A DNA stretch of 64,000 nt from a bacterium. GTDB taxonomy: Bacteria > Omnitrophota > Gorgyraeia > Zapsychrales > Zapsychraceae. The notes below the pieces were generated by a model. That model did no database searches and was not told where the DNA came from. It was given only the letters and a program-made list of their open reading frames with translations. Position 1 is the stretch's first letter. Each line of letters opens with the position of its first letter. The stretch spans positions 97,131 through 161,130 of the forward strand of contig JAUIER010000004.1 in NCBI GenBank assembly GCA_030429765.1, written 5' to 3'. Positions 39,874 through 49,120 of the stretch are shown here, piece by piece. Made by a program: the position numbers and the translations under genes.

Positions 39874-41358
39874 CTACGTCTTGGGCCGGGCGTCGACGAT
39901 CCTTTTTTCTTTATTCGCCACTTCGATCTGCAAACGATCTACCATTTCATGAATCGGAATAAATTCCACGCGGTTCGGCGCAACTTCCGTCGACGACACC
40001 ATGTCTCGGCGGATTTGATCGGCCAGCGCGTCTCGATCACATCCCGGCCGTTCACACACATAGACGACGAGTTCATCCACCTCGAATGGATCATTGTCTT
40101 TTTTGCGTATTTCAAGCTGCCACTCCTCAATCATCTCAACATCGGATAAAACAGCCGCAAAGTGATTGAGATTGACCAGTGCCCCTTTGACCTTGGACAG
40201 CTGCAGATCCTTCACATCACTGAGTCGTGAAATATCGCTTGATATGCGCGGAATATACCAGTTTTTATAAGGGCATCGACCATACATGATCCCGCCAATG
40301 ACATAGTCTCCCGTGCGGTAGCGAAGCACTGAACTCGCCCGGGAATCCAGCGCGGTGTAAACCAGCTCACCGTCCTCGCCCTCGGCCTTGACCTCTCCGG
40401 TCTTGGGATCAACGACCTCAAAGATTTCCTTGTCCGGATACAGATGATATCCGCTGGATTCATCCAGTGGAGTCGGGCTTTCCGCCCATGCGCATCGCGC
40501 TTCCGTAAATCCGTAAGTCCCAAAGATCGAAACATCCGTAGCGCCCATTGATTCCAGCAGCGACGCCAGCTTTTGTTTGAATCCGCGCGTCACCTTGGAT
40601 GCTCCCAGAACAACGCGCTTTACGAAGCTCAAATCACACTTCTGTTCCGCCGCGACCCTGAGGACATGATACACATAACTAGGCACACCCAATACCAGCG
40701 TCGGACGCATCTTGGTCAACGCCTTGATATTCCCGTCGGTGCCAAGCGTCTTTCCACCGCCGGTACTCAGCGACAGATTGCAGGCGGCAAAACCGCCGAA
40801 GACCACCTGCCAAAAGGCCAAATGCGGCGCATATGGAAAAATATTCAAGACTTTTTGGTCCGGCTTGACGTCAAACAACTGCATCATCCGCCCACCCGAC
40901 ATGTATAAGTTCTCGATGTCGTGATTGGTATACAAAAATGGGGTCGGCTTGTTGGTTGTTCCCGTCGTGTACGTGACAAAGACCGGCCGAAATTCCTTGG
41001 CCAATCGGTGCTCGACACGTTCTTTGCCGTGTAAAATCTTCTGCGCTGCCAGCCTCGCCAGTTTACCCGTGGGCCAGGCCTTCTTGATCTTCTCGGCATC
41101 CGGCTGCAGCATAAAGTCTTTGAATTTGTCCGTTGTATGCTCGGTATCGATCAGGTCCAGCTTGGAAGTGAACGGAATACGTCTCAAGTCTGCCACCGTC
41201 TTGATCGACCTCGGATCAATTTTATTATCGTCAAATAGCTTTTTATAGTGAGGACTGAACGGATACAGGTATTCATTGATGAATGAATGGAGCTTTCGAT
41301 TCTGCAATGTCCCAATATCTTCCCGGCTCAACGCAGCCAGCTGCTTCCAGGAGTACAT
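39874..41358 (-). CDS. PaaK/coenzyme F390 synthetase-family adenylate-forming enzyme (probable acyl-CoA ligase)
   Basis: 494 aa; FVTYTTGTTNKPTPF P-loop-like AMP motif of PaaK family; first gene of beta-oxidation operon. Confidence 0.65.
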   Translation of the reverse strand: MYSWKQLAALSREDIGTLQNRKLHSFINEYLYPFSPHYKKLFDDNKIDPRSIKTVADLRRIPFTSKLDLIDTEHTTDKFKDFMLQPDAEKIKKAWPTGKLARLAAQKILHGKERVEHRLAKEFRPVFVTYTTGTTNKPTPFLYTNHDIENLYMSGGRMMQLFDVKPDQKVLNIFPYAPHLAFWQVVFGGFAACNLSLSTGGGKTLGTDGNIKALTKMRPTLVLGVPSYVYHVLRVAAEQKCDLSFVKRVVLGASKVTRGFKQKLASLLESMGATDVSIFGTYGFTEARCAWAESPTPLDESSGYHLYPDKEIFEVVDPKTGEVKAEGEDGELVYTALDSRASSVLRYRTGDYVIGGIMYGRCPYKNWYIPRISSDISRLSDVKDLQLSKVKGALVNLNHFAAVLSDVEMIEEWQLEIRKKDNDPFEVDELVVYVCERPGCDRDALADQIRRDMVSSTEVAPNRVEFIPIHEMVDRLQIEVANKEKRIVDARPKT

Positions 41359-41402
41359 AAATTGCGTGCCTTTCGTGAGTTATAGATATTGACTATGTAA
41401 TA

Positions 41403-41430
41403 ATTATAGCGGATGCCGGACGGCAAACAA
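41403..41430 (-). promoter_or_regulatory. candidate promoter for ligase/beta-oxidation operon: TTGTTT-N16-TATAAT on reverse strand
   Basis: Reverse complement of 41425-41430 = TTGTTT, of 41403-41408 = TATAAT, ~45 nt upstream of ATG 41358. Confidence 0.3.
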
Positions 41431-41515
41431 TGAAAAATAAGACAATTTAATATTTTCGGGCGGGTTTGAATTCGCACATCAGCCGCGAATACAGCTCAAA
41501 TCTCGAGCTAAACTG

Positions 41516-41710
41516 CTACTTTTTGACGAATTTTTTGTAGAGATAACAGGTCAGACAAAAACCTTGAAACGCGGATATCAGGAATAAGACACCAAGGGTT
41601 AATGAGACCCATCGCCCCCACGGCACAAAAAAAGCACCGATCAATAAAACAGCAAAAAGCGTCCGGGTGAAAACCTCCTCGGACGGCATCTGACTCACGC
41701 GTCTAAACAT
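41516..41710 (-). CDS. DUF2892 (YgaP-like) small two-TM membrane protein
   Basis: 64 aa, two hydrophobic helices and GFCLTCYLY resembling the DUF2892 GxCP.Y motif. Confidence 0.45.
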   Translation of the reverse strand: MFRRVSQMPSEEVFTRTLFAVLLIGAFFVPWGRWVSLTLGVLFLISAFQGFCLTCYLYKKFVKK

Positions 41711-41742
41711 AATCCTTCCCCTGTCCGCGACAACGACGTGAT

Positions 41743-42513
41743 TTACAATGAAATCGTTTCATCGCGATAGATATACTTTTGCTGGTCTTTCAGCTGACTG
41801 GCGGCCGCCGCGTCCAGTAAAAACGTCAGCTCCCCGTTGGTGGGCTGAACTTGCGTGGCCGGAAATGGCTCTTTGTCCTCGATCACCCGACGGACAATAT
41901 CGGCCTTGTTCTTCCCCGCCACCATAAAATACACATGCCGGGCATTATTGAGCACCGGCAAGGTCAAACTGATGCGTTCATACTTGAGGTGATTTTCATT
42001 AACCGGCATGGTGAGCCGATACGGCGCATCAATACCTTCGGTCTGCGGGAAGAGCGAAGCGGTATGTCCGTCCTCCCCCAAACCCAGCACAACCAGGTCG
42101 ATAATCGGCAAACGGTTTTGATCGAGGGTGAAAAATCCCACAAGCCGATTTTTATACTCCTCGGCGGCAATACCGACGGTCTGAACATTGGTCGGGATGG
42201 GATAGATGTTTTCCGGCGGAATCTTCACATAGTTCAGGAGATTATCCCGAATCAGCCTGAAATTATTGTCCTTGTCCTCCGCATCGACAAAGCGCTCATC
42301 CGTCATAAAGATATGCACGCGTGACCAGAGCTCAAAGTCCTGTTCGGCGGACAGCAGATTATAAAACTCCACCGGTGTTCGCCCACCGGAGAAGGCACAG
42401 CTGAAACGGCTGGTCCGCTGAATATAATCAGTGGCCGTCTGAATCCATTGCGTGACCAAATAGGCCGACAATTTATGGAGGTTTTCAAATATGATAATTT
42501 TCGGTTCCGACAT
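41743..42513 (-). CDS. pgl: 6-phosphogluconolactonase
   Basis: Start at ATG codon 10 (MSEPKIIIF...); AFSGGRTP and LGLGEDGHTASLFP motifs of NagB/Pgl family. Confidence 0.75.
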   Translation of the reverse strand: MSEPKIIIFENLHKLSAYLVTQWIQTATDYIQRTSRFSCAFSGGRTPVEFYNLLSAEQDFELWSRVHIFMTDERFVDAEDKDNNFRLIRDNLLNYVKIPPENIYPIPTNVQTVGIAAEEYKNRLVGFFTLDQNRLPIIDLVVLGLGEDGHTASLFPQTEGIDAPYRLTMPVNENHLKYERISLTLPVLNNARHVYFMVAGKNKADIVRRVIEDKEPFPATQVQPTNGELTFLLDAAAASQLKDQQKYIYRDETISL

Positions 42514-42529
42514 GTCTGTGTTCTCCTGG

Positions 42530-43462
42530 CTACATTTCACTGCAGGACGCGCCCTGCGCGAAACATGAATAACATCGATGGTGTTTCATCATCACCCGGA
42601 CCTTCATCGCCTCGCTTAGCGTACCGCCCAAATCATAGTCCGGATCATCGTCGACAAGGGTACACGCGTAAACCCGCATGCGGCCGTTGTGTTTAACAAC
42701 CATCTTACTGAAATTACACATAAACCGACTGCGCGACTCTTCATCGTGATAGTGTGTCATACAATGTTCTGTGATGTGCGGCACACTGGCAATCGATCCC
42801 GGTGTTAGGAAATCCGGAAAACTCACGATCCGGGTATCCGACGGCACACCTGCCTGCCGGAAATACGTCTGATATTCGCGGTCAACTTGAGCCACATCCT
42901 CATCGGCCATTCGATGACGGGCGATTGAAATCGCGAATCCCAATTCATGCAACTGACGCATGGTCTCCAGGCTCAGGAAAAAATTACCCTGCCCGCGTCC
43001 GGCATCGTGTTTGGCCGGGTCGGGAAAATCAAAACTGATCCGAAAACTCAAGGGATGCGGTTTGTCTCTGAATGGTTCTAAATCTTTCAGCCGCAACTTC
43101 AGCGGATTGGTGGCATTGGAAAGCACCAGGCAAGGCCGTTTATCCAGGGCATAATCGAGAATCTTGATCATGTCCCGGATCACAAATGGTTCGCCGCCGG
43201 TAAATGAAAATCGTTCCACCCCCAACGGCAACGCCTCATCGATAAACGGGATAACATCTTCCAATGAAACCTTGTTGAGCCGATCGTCACCCGGTTTAGA
43301 TCCTTCCAGGCAAAAAGGACAACTCAGGTTACAGATTGTCCCGGTGTGAAACCATAATTCTTTGAGATATTGCGGCTGGATGTATCCGCGCGGGTCGTGC
43401 TGGGGAGTTTGCAGCCAATCTTTGTTGGAAATATGATGAACCGTTTGGATCGGGCTGCTCAA
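42530..43462 (-). CDS. radical SAM protein with Cys-rich C-terminal (SPASM/twitch-like) region, function unknown
   Basis: 310 aa; CNLSCPFC (CxxxCxxC) near N-terminus, GGEPF, seven further Cys incl. RCYSCFAQGASC. Confidence 0.65.
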   Translation of the reverse strand: MSSPIQTVHHISNKDWLQTPQHDPRGYIQPQYLKELWFHTGTICNLSCPFCLEGSKPGDDRLNKVSLEDVIPFIDEALPLGVERFSFTGGEPFVIRDMIKILDYALDKRPCLVLSNATNPLKLRLKDLEPFRDKPHPLSFRISFDFPDPAKHDAGRGQGNFFLSLETMRQLHELGFAISIARHRMADEDVAQVDREYQTYFRQAGVPSDTRIVSFPDFLTPGSIASVPHITEHCMTHYHDEESRSRFMCNFSKMVVKHNGRMRVYACTLVDDDPDYDLGGTLSEAMKVRVMMKHHRCYSCFAQGASCSEM

Positions 43463-43475
43463 GTGAAAACCTCAA

Positions 43476-44606
43476 TTAAACAGTTAACTGTTCGGCCTTT
43501 TTCTCGACGGAGGACAGCAATTCTTCGAACGCCTGGTCAAAGGCAACGCATCCATCTTCCAGAAGCTTGGCATTGATGGCCGTCAGATTGATTCCATGCT
43601 GCTGGAGTTTATCGACGATGGCGCGCGAATCCGCCACGTCATCATTAAAGGCCTCCGCGACAACACCATGGTCCAAGAAGGCCGCTAACGTCGGCTCCGG
43701 CACGGTGTTCACTGTCGGGCGGGCGATCAGCTCCGTAATGTACTTAATATCGCTGTACGCCGGATTTTTGGTACTGGTGGATCCCCAGAGCACACGCTGC
43801 ACGTTGCCCCCTTTACCTGCCAATGCCTTGAATTCATCCGTCGCGAACAACTCTTGATACCGGTCAAAAATAATACGTGAGTTAGCCACCGCCGCCTTGC
43901 CTTTTAATGCTTCTAACGCCTGCCGTTCCCCGTCGTTGGAACAAGCCGCGATCTGATCATCAAGCTCCTTATCAACCGCCGAGTCAATCCGGCTGATAAA
44001 AACACTCGCCACCGAATGCACAGCCGAGATGTCTCCCCCGCTGTCCAGACGACGCTTTAGTCCGCGCTGAAAGGCCAGCGCCGTTTGCTCGTATTGATGC
44101 AGAGAAAAAATCAGCGTCGCGTTGACATTGATTCCCAAGGCGATGAGTTCCTCAATCACCGAAAATCCGGCCTCGGTCGACGGCACTTTAATCATGACGT
44201 TTGGACGGTTGACCTTTTGAAACAGCCGGACACCTTCGTTTTTTTGTTCCTCCAGCTTCCGCGCGAGCAGCGGATTGATCTCCAAGCTCACATACCCATC
44301 CAGGCCTTTTGTTTGCTCGTATGTCGCCTTGAAACAATCGGCCGCGTCCTGAATATCCTTGATCGTCAATTCGTCATAAATCTCAAAGGTGGACCGCCCC
44401 TCGGACTTAAGCTTGATGATGGCCTGATCGTAGTCATTACTGGACCCGATAGCCTTGTTAAAAATAGACGGATTAGATGTCATACCCCGCAATCCATTGT
44501 CGATGCGGCTTTTCAATTCACCATTTTCCAGCATGGGACGGTTAATATAGTCCAGCCAGATGCTTTGACCGTATTCGGCTAACTGTTGAATGGTTGATTT
44601 GGACAC
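43476..44606 (-). CDS. tal: transaldolase
   Basis: 376 aa; SIWLDYI...GMTSNPSIF...NVMIKVP (Schiff-base Lys region) transaldolase pattern. Confidence 0.85.
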   Translation of the reverse strand: MSKSTIQQLAEYGQSIWLDYINRPMLENGELKSRIDNGLRGMTSNPSIFNKAIGSSNDYDQAIIKLKSEGRSTFEIYDELTIKDIQDAADCFKATYEQTKGLDGYVSLEINPLLARKLEEQKNEGVRLFQKVNRPNVMIKVPSTEAGFSVIEELIALGINVNATLIFSLHQYEQTALAFQRGLKRRLDSGGDISAVHSVASVFISRIDSAVDKELDDQIAACSNDGERQALEALKGKAAVANSRIIFDRYQELFATDEFKALAGKGGNVQRVLWGSTSTKNPAYSDIKYITELIARPTVNTVPEPTLAAFLDHGVVAEAFNDDVADSRAIVDKLQQHGINLTAINAKLLEDGCVAFDQAFEELLSSVEKKAEQLTV

Positions 44607-44660
44607 CTAAACCTCCTTACGTTTATTCAACACGTAAATGTAATTGATATTCAAAATTGC

Positions 44661-45620
44661 CTAAGACCCGGAGACAACCTGAGACTTTCGGGCGATGGCC
44701 TTCTTGGCCGCATCAGCTATATTGGACGCCTTGAGCCCGTAATGCTCCATGAGCTGCTGCGGCGTTCCCGACTGACCAAATGTGTCATTGACCGCCACAA
44801 ATTCCATTGGGACAGGTACAGTGCGAACCACCACTTCCGCGACGGCGCTGCATAACCCGCCATACATTTGATGCTCTTCCCCGACAACAATCGCGCCGGT
44901 CTCCTCGGCCGCCTTGACGATCGCATCCTGATCGATCGGCTTAATCGTGTGCATATTGATCACGCGGGCGTCAATTCCGTCTTTTTTCAATAGCTCGGCC
45001 GCATCCAGTGATTCCTGGACCAATAAACCGCAGCCGATGAGCGTGACATCCGCGCCATCGCGCAACATATTCGCCTTGCCAATTTCAAACGTATCATCCG
45101 CCTTGGTTAACACCGGAAAAGGCGCCCGGGACGTGCGCATATACATCGGGCCGTATTCGCGGGTAAAAATCCGTGTGGCCTTGCGGGCCTCCATCTCATC
45201 GACCGGACAAACCACTTTGATATTAGGCAGGACTCGCATCAACGCGAAATCTTCCAAGCACTGAGCCGACGCTCCATCTTCACCAACTGTAACTCCCGCG
45301 TGCGAACAGATAACTTTGACATTGCGATCGTTGTAACACAAATCCAGACGCAATTGATCGTACGCCCGGTTTGTCATAAAAACAGCAAACGAATTGATGA
45401 ATGGAATAAATCCGTGAAACGCCAACCCCGCGGCGGTCCCGACCATATCCTGCTCGGCGATGCCGCATGAAAAAAACCGGTCCGGAAATTCATTCTTGAA
45501 ATACTCCGCACGCGTGGCATCCTCCAGGTCAGCCGATACAACCACCACTTTATCGTTTTCCCGGCCGATCTCGACCAGCTCTTTCCCGAACCCGTCCCGA
45601 GTTGCTATCATTTCGCTCAT
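44661..45620 (-). CDS. transketolase, C-terminal (pyrimidine-binding) subunit
   Basis: 319 aa split-transketolase C-terminal half (FFSCGIAEQDMVGTAAGLA...). Confidence 0.85.
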   Translation of the reverse strand: MSEMIATRDGFGKELVEIGRENDKVVVVSADLEDATRAEYFKNEFPDRFFSCGIAEQDMVGTAAGLAFHGFIPFINSFAVFMTNRAYDQLRLDLCYNDRNVKVICSHAGVTVGEDGASAQCLEDFALMRVLPNIKVVCPVDEMEARKATRIFTREYGPMYMRTSRAPFPVLTKADDTFEIGKANMLRDGADVTLIGCGLLVQESLDAAELLKKDGIDARVINMHTIKPIDQDAIVKAAEETGAIVVGEEHQMYGGLCSAVAEVVVRTVPVPMEFVAVNDTFGQSGTPQQLMEHYGLKASNIADAAKKAIARKSQVVSGS

Positions 45621-45681
45621 CTAATTTTCCTTTTCATTTGCATTAAGCTTGATTCTCATAAATTACCGTGATACCACCGCC

Positions 45682-46494
45682 CTAGACCAGCTCGGCCAAG
45701 GCCTCTTTCAGTTGATCGGCGTTCGGCGCCTTGCCATGCCAATTACGCTCGCCTTCCATAAACGAAACACCCTTACCCTTGATGGTGTGTGCCAAGATCA
45801 CATACGGCTTACCTTTGTTCTTTTCGAAATCATCTAAGGCCTGAATCAGCTGTTTGAAATTGTGCCCAATCACTTCTTTGACCTCCCAGCCAAAACTCCG
45901 CCATTTATCCGCCAAAGGTTCCAGGTTTTTAATATCATTTGTCGGACCGTTTTCCTGAACTTTGTTATAGTCAACAATCGCACAGACATTGTCGAGCTCC
46001 CGATGGGACGCATGCATCGCCGCCTCCCAGACCGAACCTTCCTGTATCTCACCGTCGCCCATCAGACAGTACACATTAGAATCATTCTTGAGCATCTTAT
46101 TACCGATCGCGATCCCGTTGGCCACCGACAACCCATGTCCAAGCGAACCGGTATTGAACTCCACACCGGGAACCTTGACATGCACATGGCCTTGTAAGAT
46201 ACTGCCGAACTTTCGAAATTTGGGTAATTCATCCTTGGAAAAATATCCGTAATTGGCGAGCGTCACATAGACAGCGGGTGTCACGTGACCTTTGGAGACA
46301 ATCAAATAATCACGCCCGTCCCATTGCGGGTCGTCGGGCTTGTGTTTCATTTTGTAATCGTATAATGAAATTAAAATTTCAACGGCGGAAAGAGATCCGC
46401 CGGGATGACCGGATCCGGCCGCGTGAATGGTTTCGAGTATTTCTCGTCGGAACAACTTGGCTTTTTCGCGCAACTCCTCGATATTCGTATTCAT
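45682..46494 (-). CDS. transketolase, N-terminal (TPP-binding) subunit
   Basis: Start at ATG codon 17 (MNTNIEELREK; track ORF begins at TTG); GSGHPGGSLS and GDGEIQEG TPP motifs. Confidence 0.85.
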   Translation of the reverse strand: MNTNIEELREKAKLFRREILETIHAAGSGHPGGSLSAVEILISLYDYKMKHKPDDPQWDGRDYLIVSKGHVTPAVYVTLANYGYFSKDELPKFRKFGSILQGHVHVKVPGVEFNTGSLGHGLSVANGIAIGNKMLKNDSNVYCLMGDGEIQEGSVWEAAMHASHRELDNVCAIVDYNKVQENGPTNDIKNLEPLADKWRSFGWEVKEVIGHNFKQLIQALDDFEKNKGKPYVILAHTIKGKGVSFMEGERNWHGKAPNADQLKEALAELV

Positions 46495-46551
46495 GAAAAC
46501 TCCTGTCGGATTAGCAGCGCCGTTCACACGGCCGTGCGTCAAAGAAATTTA

Positions 46552-46627
46552 TGGTGGGCCATGCAGGACTCGAACCTGCCGCCCTCTGATTAAGAGTCAG
46601 ATGCTCTACCGGATGAGCTAATGGCCC
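46552..46627 (-). tRNA. tRNA-Lys (anticodon CTT)
   Basis: Reverse complement GGGCCATTAGCTCATCCGGTAGAGCATCTGACTCTTAATCAGAGGGCGGCAGGTTCGAGTCCTGCATGGCCCACCA folds as perfect cloverleaf (7-bp acceptor, GCTC/GAGC D stem, TCTGA/TCAGA anticodon stem with loop CUCUUAA, GCAGG/CCTGC T stem, TTCGAGT T loop, encoded CCA). Confidence 0.85.
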
Positions 46628-46997
46628 AGAAATTTTTTGGATTTTCCCGTCACGTACCAAGACTTACGTCAAACATTTATTCGCCAACACAAAGAAGCGC
46701 GCCTTAAACAAAGACGCACTTGGTTTGGGCTTTTGACGTTAAAGTGGGATAAATGCTATACATGCGTGGTTAACCTGCGAATATTTATATCAGACTTGCC
46801 ATGAGCTGTAAAGCAGAAATACAAGGAATCAAACGGTTTTCGACCTGCCTAGAAAATAGTCACTGCATTTGGCGACTGATCCCGTCCACGCGCGGACTGA
46901 CCTGATCGACCCGGCCATAAAAATGGCCCCGTAGCTGTCCAATTTTTCACTTTCATGGACAAACCCGAGGCCCAAAATTGATACTTACGTCACACGG

Positions 46998-47282
46998 TTA
47001 CCGGTGTGAGGCAAACGGAAACGTCAAGATATTGACCACACCCGTAATAGTCTTGCTTACCGCTGTATCCGCGCCTTCGACGAGCCCAAAAAACAGGGCG
47101 CAAATCTTGTCATCTGACGAATTGACACGGTCTGATGTATGCGTGAAAAACCCGGCCGGAGCCGTGATAATATCCTGGACGCCCGACGCCAATTTTTCCG
47201 CCGAGGCATTGTGCGCATGCGCCGTTGACAAACCCGCCACCGATATAACAATCGTCACCACCAATATACTGAAAATTTTCAT
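46998..47282 (-). CDS. small secreted hypothetical protein
   Basis: 94 aa; signal peptide MKIFSILVVTIVISVAGLSTAHA; no known motif. Confidence 0.35.
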   Translation of the reverse strand: MKIFSILVVTIVISVAGLSTAHAHNASAEKLASGVQDIITAPAGFFTHTSDRVNSSDDKICALFFGLVEGADTAVSKTITGVVNILTFPFASHR

Positions 47283-47395
47283 GCTGATCTCCTTCGCTGT
47301 CTGCGCGTTGATGTTGTATCTATGCCTTCATCATACTGCATTCCCGGATACGGTCAATATGACACCCCTGGACACACCAGGACAGGATGGGTCCC

Positions 47396-47433
47396 AAAAA
47401 AAAGCCGTCTGAATCGCTCCAGACGGCTTTTGT
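47396..47433. terminator. bidirectional Rho-independent terminator downstream of 47450..48142 gene
   Basis: A8, GCCGTCTG-aatcgctc-CAGACGGC 8-bp stem, TTTTGT; 17 nt from the stop at 47450. Confidence 0.55.
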
Positions 47434-47449
47434 ATGCTCATTTTTAATG

Positions 47450-48142
47450 TTACGGTTTAATGCGCTTCTTGATCTTCATCGTCTTCATCTCCAGATCGCC
47501 TTCCTTGGCGGTAAGCGTCATATCCACAACAACAGTCTCATCGGTCCCGACATCTTTAAATTTCAACGTACAGATATAAAGAACACCAAAGTTCCTGACC
47601 TTCTCATCCATCTCAATCAGCTCAAGCTGACGTAATTTTTCAGTCTTGGGATCAAAAAGTCCATACGTTCCGGTGAACTTGGATTTCTTTTCGATATGCG
47701 CCTTCATTGCCTCTTTGGCCTCTTCCGGCGTGTACTTCTTTTTTTCCGCCTTTTCTTTGGCCTTTTTCGGCGCCGCTTTTAGTTTACCAATCTCGACATC
47801 GTCGACGATGAGTTCCCCGCCCTCGTTCATAAAATGAAACTCCAGTTCAAGGATGTCACCGCTGTTGATGTCCCGAAAATCTCCTTTGACCCGATACTTA
47901 TCGTCGTCGGGCTCAAATGTTTTTTCATTCAGGTTAATCAAACGTAGATTACGGACTTTATCGATCTTTGAATCGTATAGATCGAGACTTCCCGAAATAC
48001 GAATTTTCGACTTAAGGTATTCGTCGACCGACTTCTGCGCGTCTTTGTATTCCTGAGCCGCGACAGCCTGCACGCCGACAAAACCTATGCTCATAGCCAA
48101 TACACAAACGGCTACAGATAATTTACTCATCAAACCTTTCAT
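47450..48142 (-). CDS. secreted protein with two tandem ~60-aa repeat domains and Lys-rich linker, function unknown
   Basis: 230 aa; signal peptide ...GVQAVAAQEY; internal duplication (RNLRLINLNEKTFEPDDDKYRVKGDF... vs KLRQLELIEMDEKVRNFGVLYICTLKF...). Confidence 0.45.
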   Translation of the reverse strand: MKGLMSKLSVAVCVLAMSIGFVGVQAVAAQEYKDAQKSVDEYLKSKIRISGSLDLYDSKIDKVRNLRLINLNEKTFEPDDDKYRVKGDFRDINSGDILELEFHFMNEGGELIVDDVEIGKLKAAPKKAKEKAEKKKYTPEEAKEAMKAHIEKKSKFTGTYGLFDPKTEKLRQLELIEMDEKVRNFGVLYICTLKFKDVGTDETVVVDMTLTAKEGDLEMKTMKIKKRIKP

Positions 48143-48258
48143 AGAGACTCCTTTGATTCCTTGGGGGCGTTAATATCAAAATGTGACACCATTATACCAA
48201 ATGCAACAAAATTTGCACAAAAATATTCGGAATGGACCTGTGATGGGAAGGTGGATCA

Positions 48259-48840
48259 CTACGGGGTGGCCCGAGTGATATCGATCGGCGATTCTTTCAT
48301 CGCCTGCATTGTCGGCACCGTGTTTTGCTGATAGATGCTTGTCAGAAGCTCCTTATGCTCCTGATTCTCGGCATGTACTTGGGAATACACGCCATAGCCG
48401 GCCTTGATGATGGCGGCATTTAGAAACGTCACATATTTGTGCTCGCCCCAGTCTTCAACGATGTCATCGACACGGTAATCATCCTTGAACTCGAGCGCCT
48501 GCTTTACATTCTTTTCGGGGTACAGAAACCAGGCATACGCCAGGATATTACCCTCTTCATCCCGCTCCCGGACATCTAGCTGCAAATCGGCTTTGGCCCC
48601 GCTGACGAGACTTCTCACATATGCAGCGGCTTCCAGCCGGTTATTGGTAACGCGCTTGCGTTCGCTGAGCGACATGTCCGGTCGAATTTCAGGGATTTCT
48701 ACACCAATCAGTCGGACGGTTTCCCCATTTAAAAGGCGGAGCGTGTTGCCGTTCACGACCTCTTGAATAAAGAACATCTCGGCGTGAGCAGCCGGTGCCA
48801 GAAAGCAAAAAACCATGAATGTGAGCATCAATCTCTTCAT
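48259..48840 (-). CDS. secreted thermonuclease (SNase-like) family protein
   Basis: 193 aa; signal peptide then GNTLRLLNGETVRLIGVEIPE ... EGNILAYAWF matching staphylococcal-nuclease fold motifs. Confidence 0.6.
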   Translation of the reverse strand: MKRLMLTFMVFCFLAPAAHAEMFFIQEVVNGNTLRLLNGETVRLIGVEIPEIRPDMSLSERKRVTNNRLEAAAYVRSLVSGAKADLQLDVRERDEEGNILAYAWFLYPEKNVKQALEFKDDYRVDDIVEDWGEHKYVTFLNAAIIKAGYGVYSQVHAENQEHKELLTSIYQQNTVPTMQAMKESPIDITRATP

Positions 48841-49120
48841 GGTTCAAGTATAGACTATATTTTCGAAAAAACAGGGGGCGACAAGAAAATAATAGAAACC
48901 GCTTTCTTTGACCCAAGTCCTTTATGTATCAAGGAGTTAGCGTAAGCGCGATCAACTGATTATATAAACCATTGATATAGAACAATTTAAGGGATATTAC
49001 TTCATCCCAACAGATCCGCCGAATCGGTCAATTAGGCCGATATTCACCCTGATTTTTTTTCGGCAGAAGGACAAATTTTTCCTGATTCTTCCATGATATC
49101 GCAGGTATCAGCCCGGTCGG

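Noticed and set aside
41440-41470. ATTCGC-acatcagcc-GCGAAT hairpin as terminator after DUF2892 gene
   Set aside because: No U-run on either strand after the stem.
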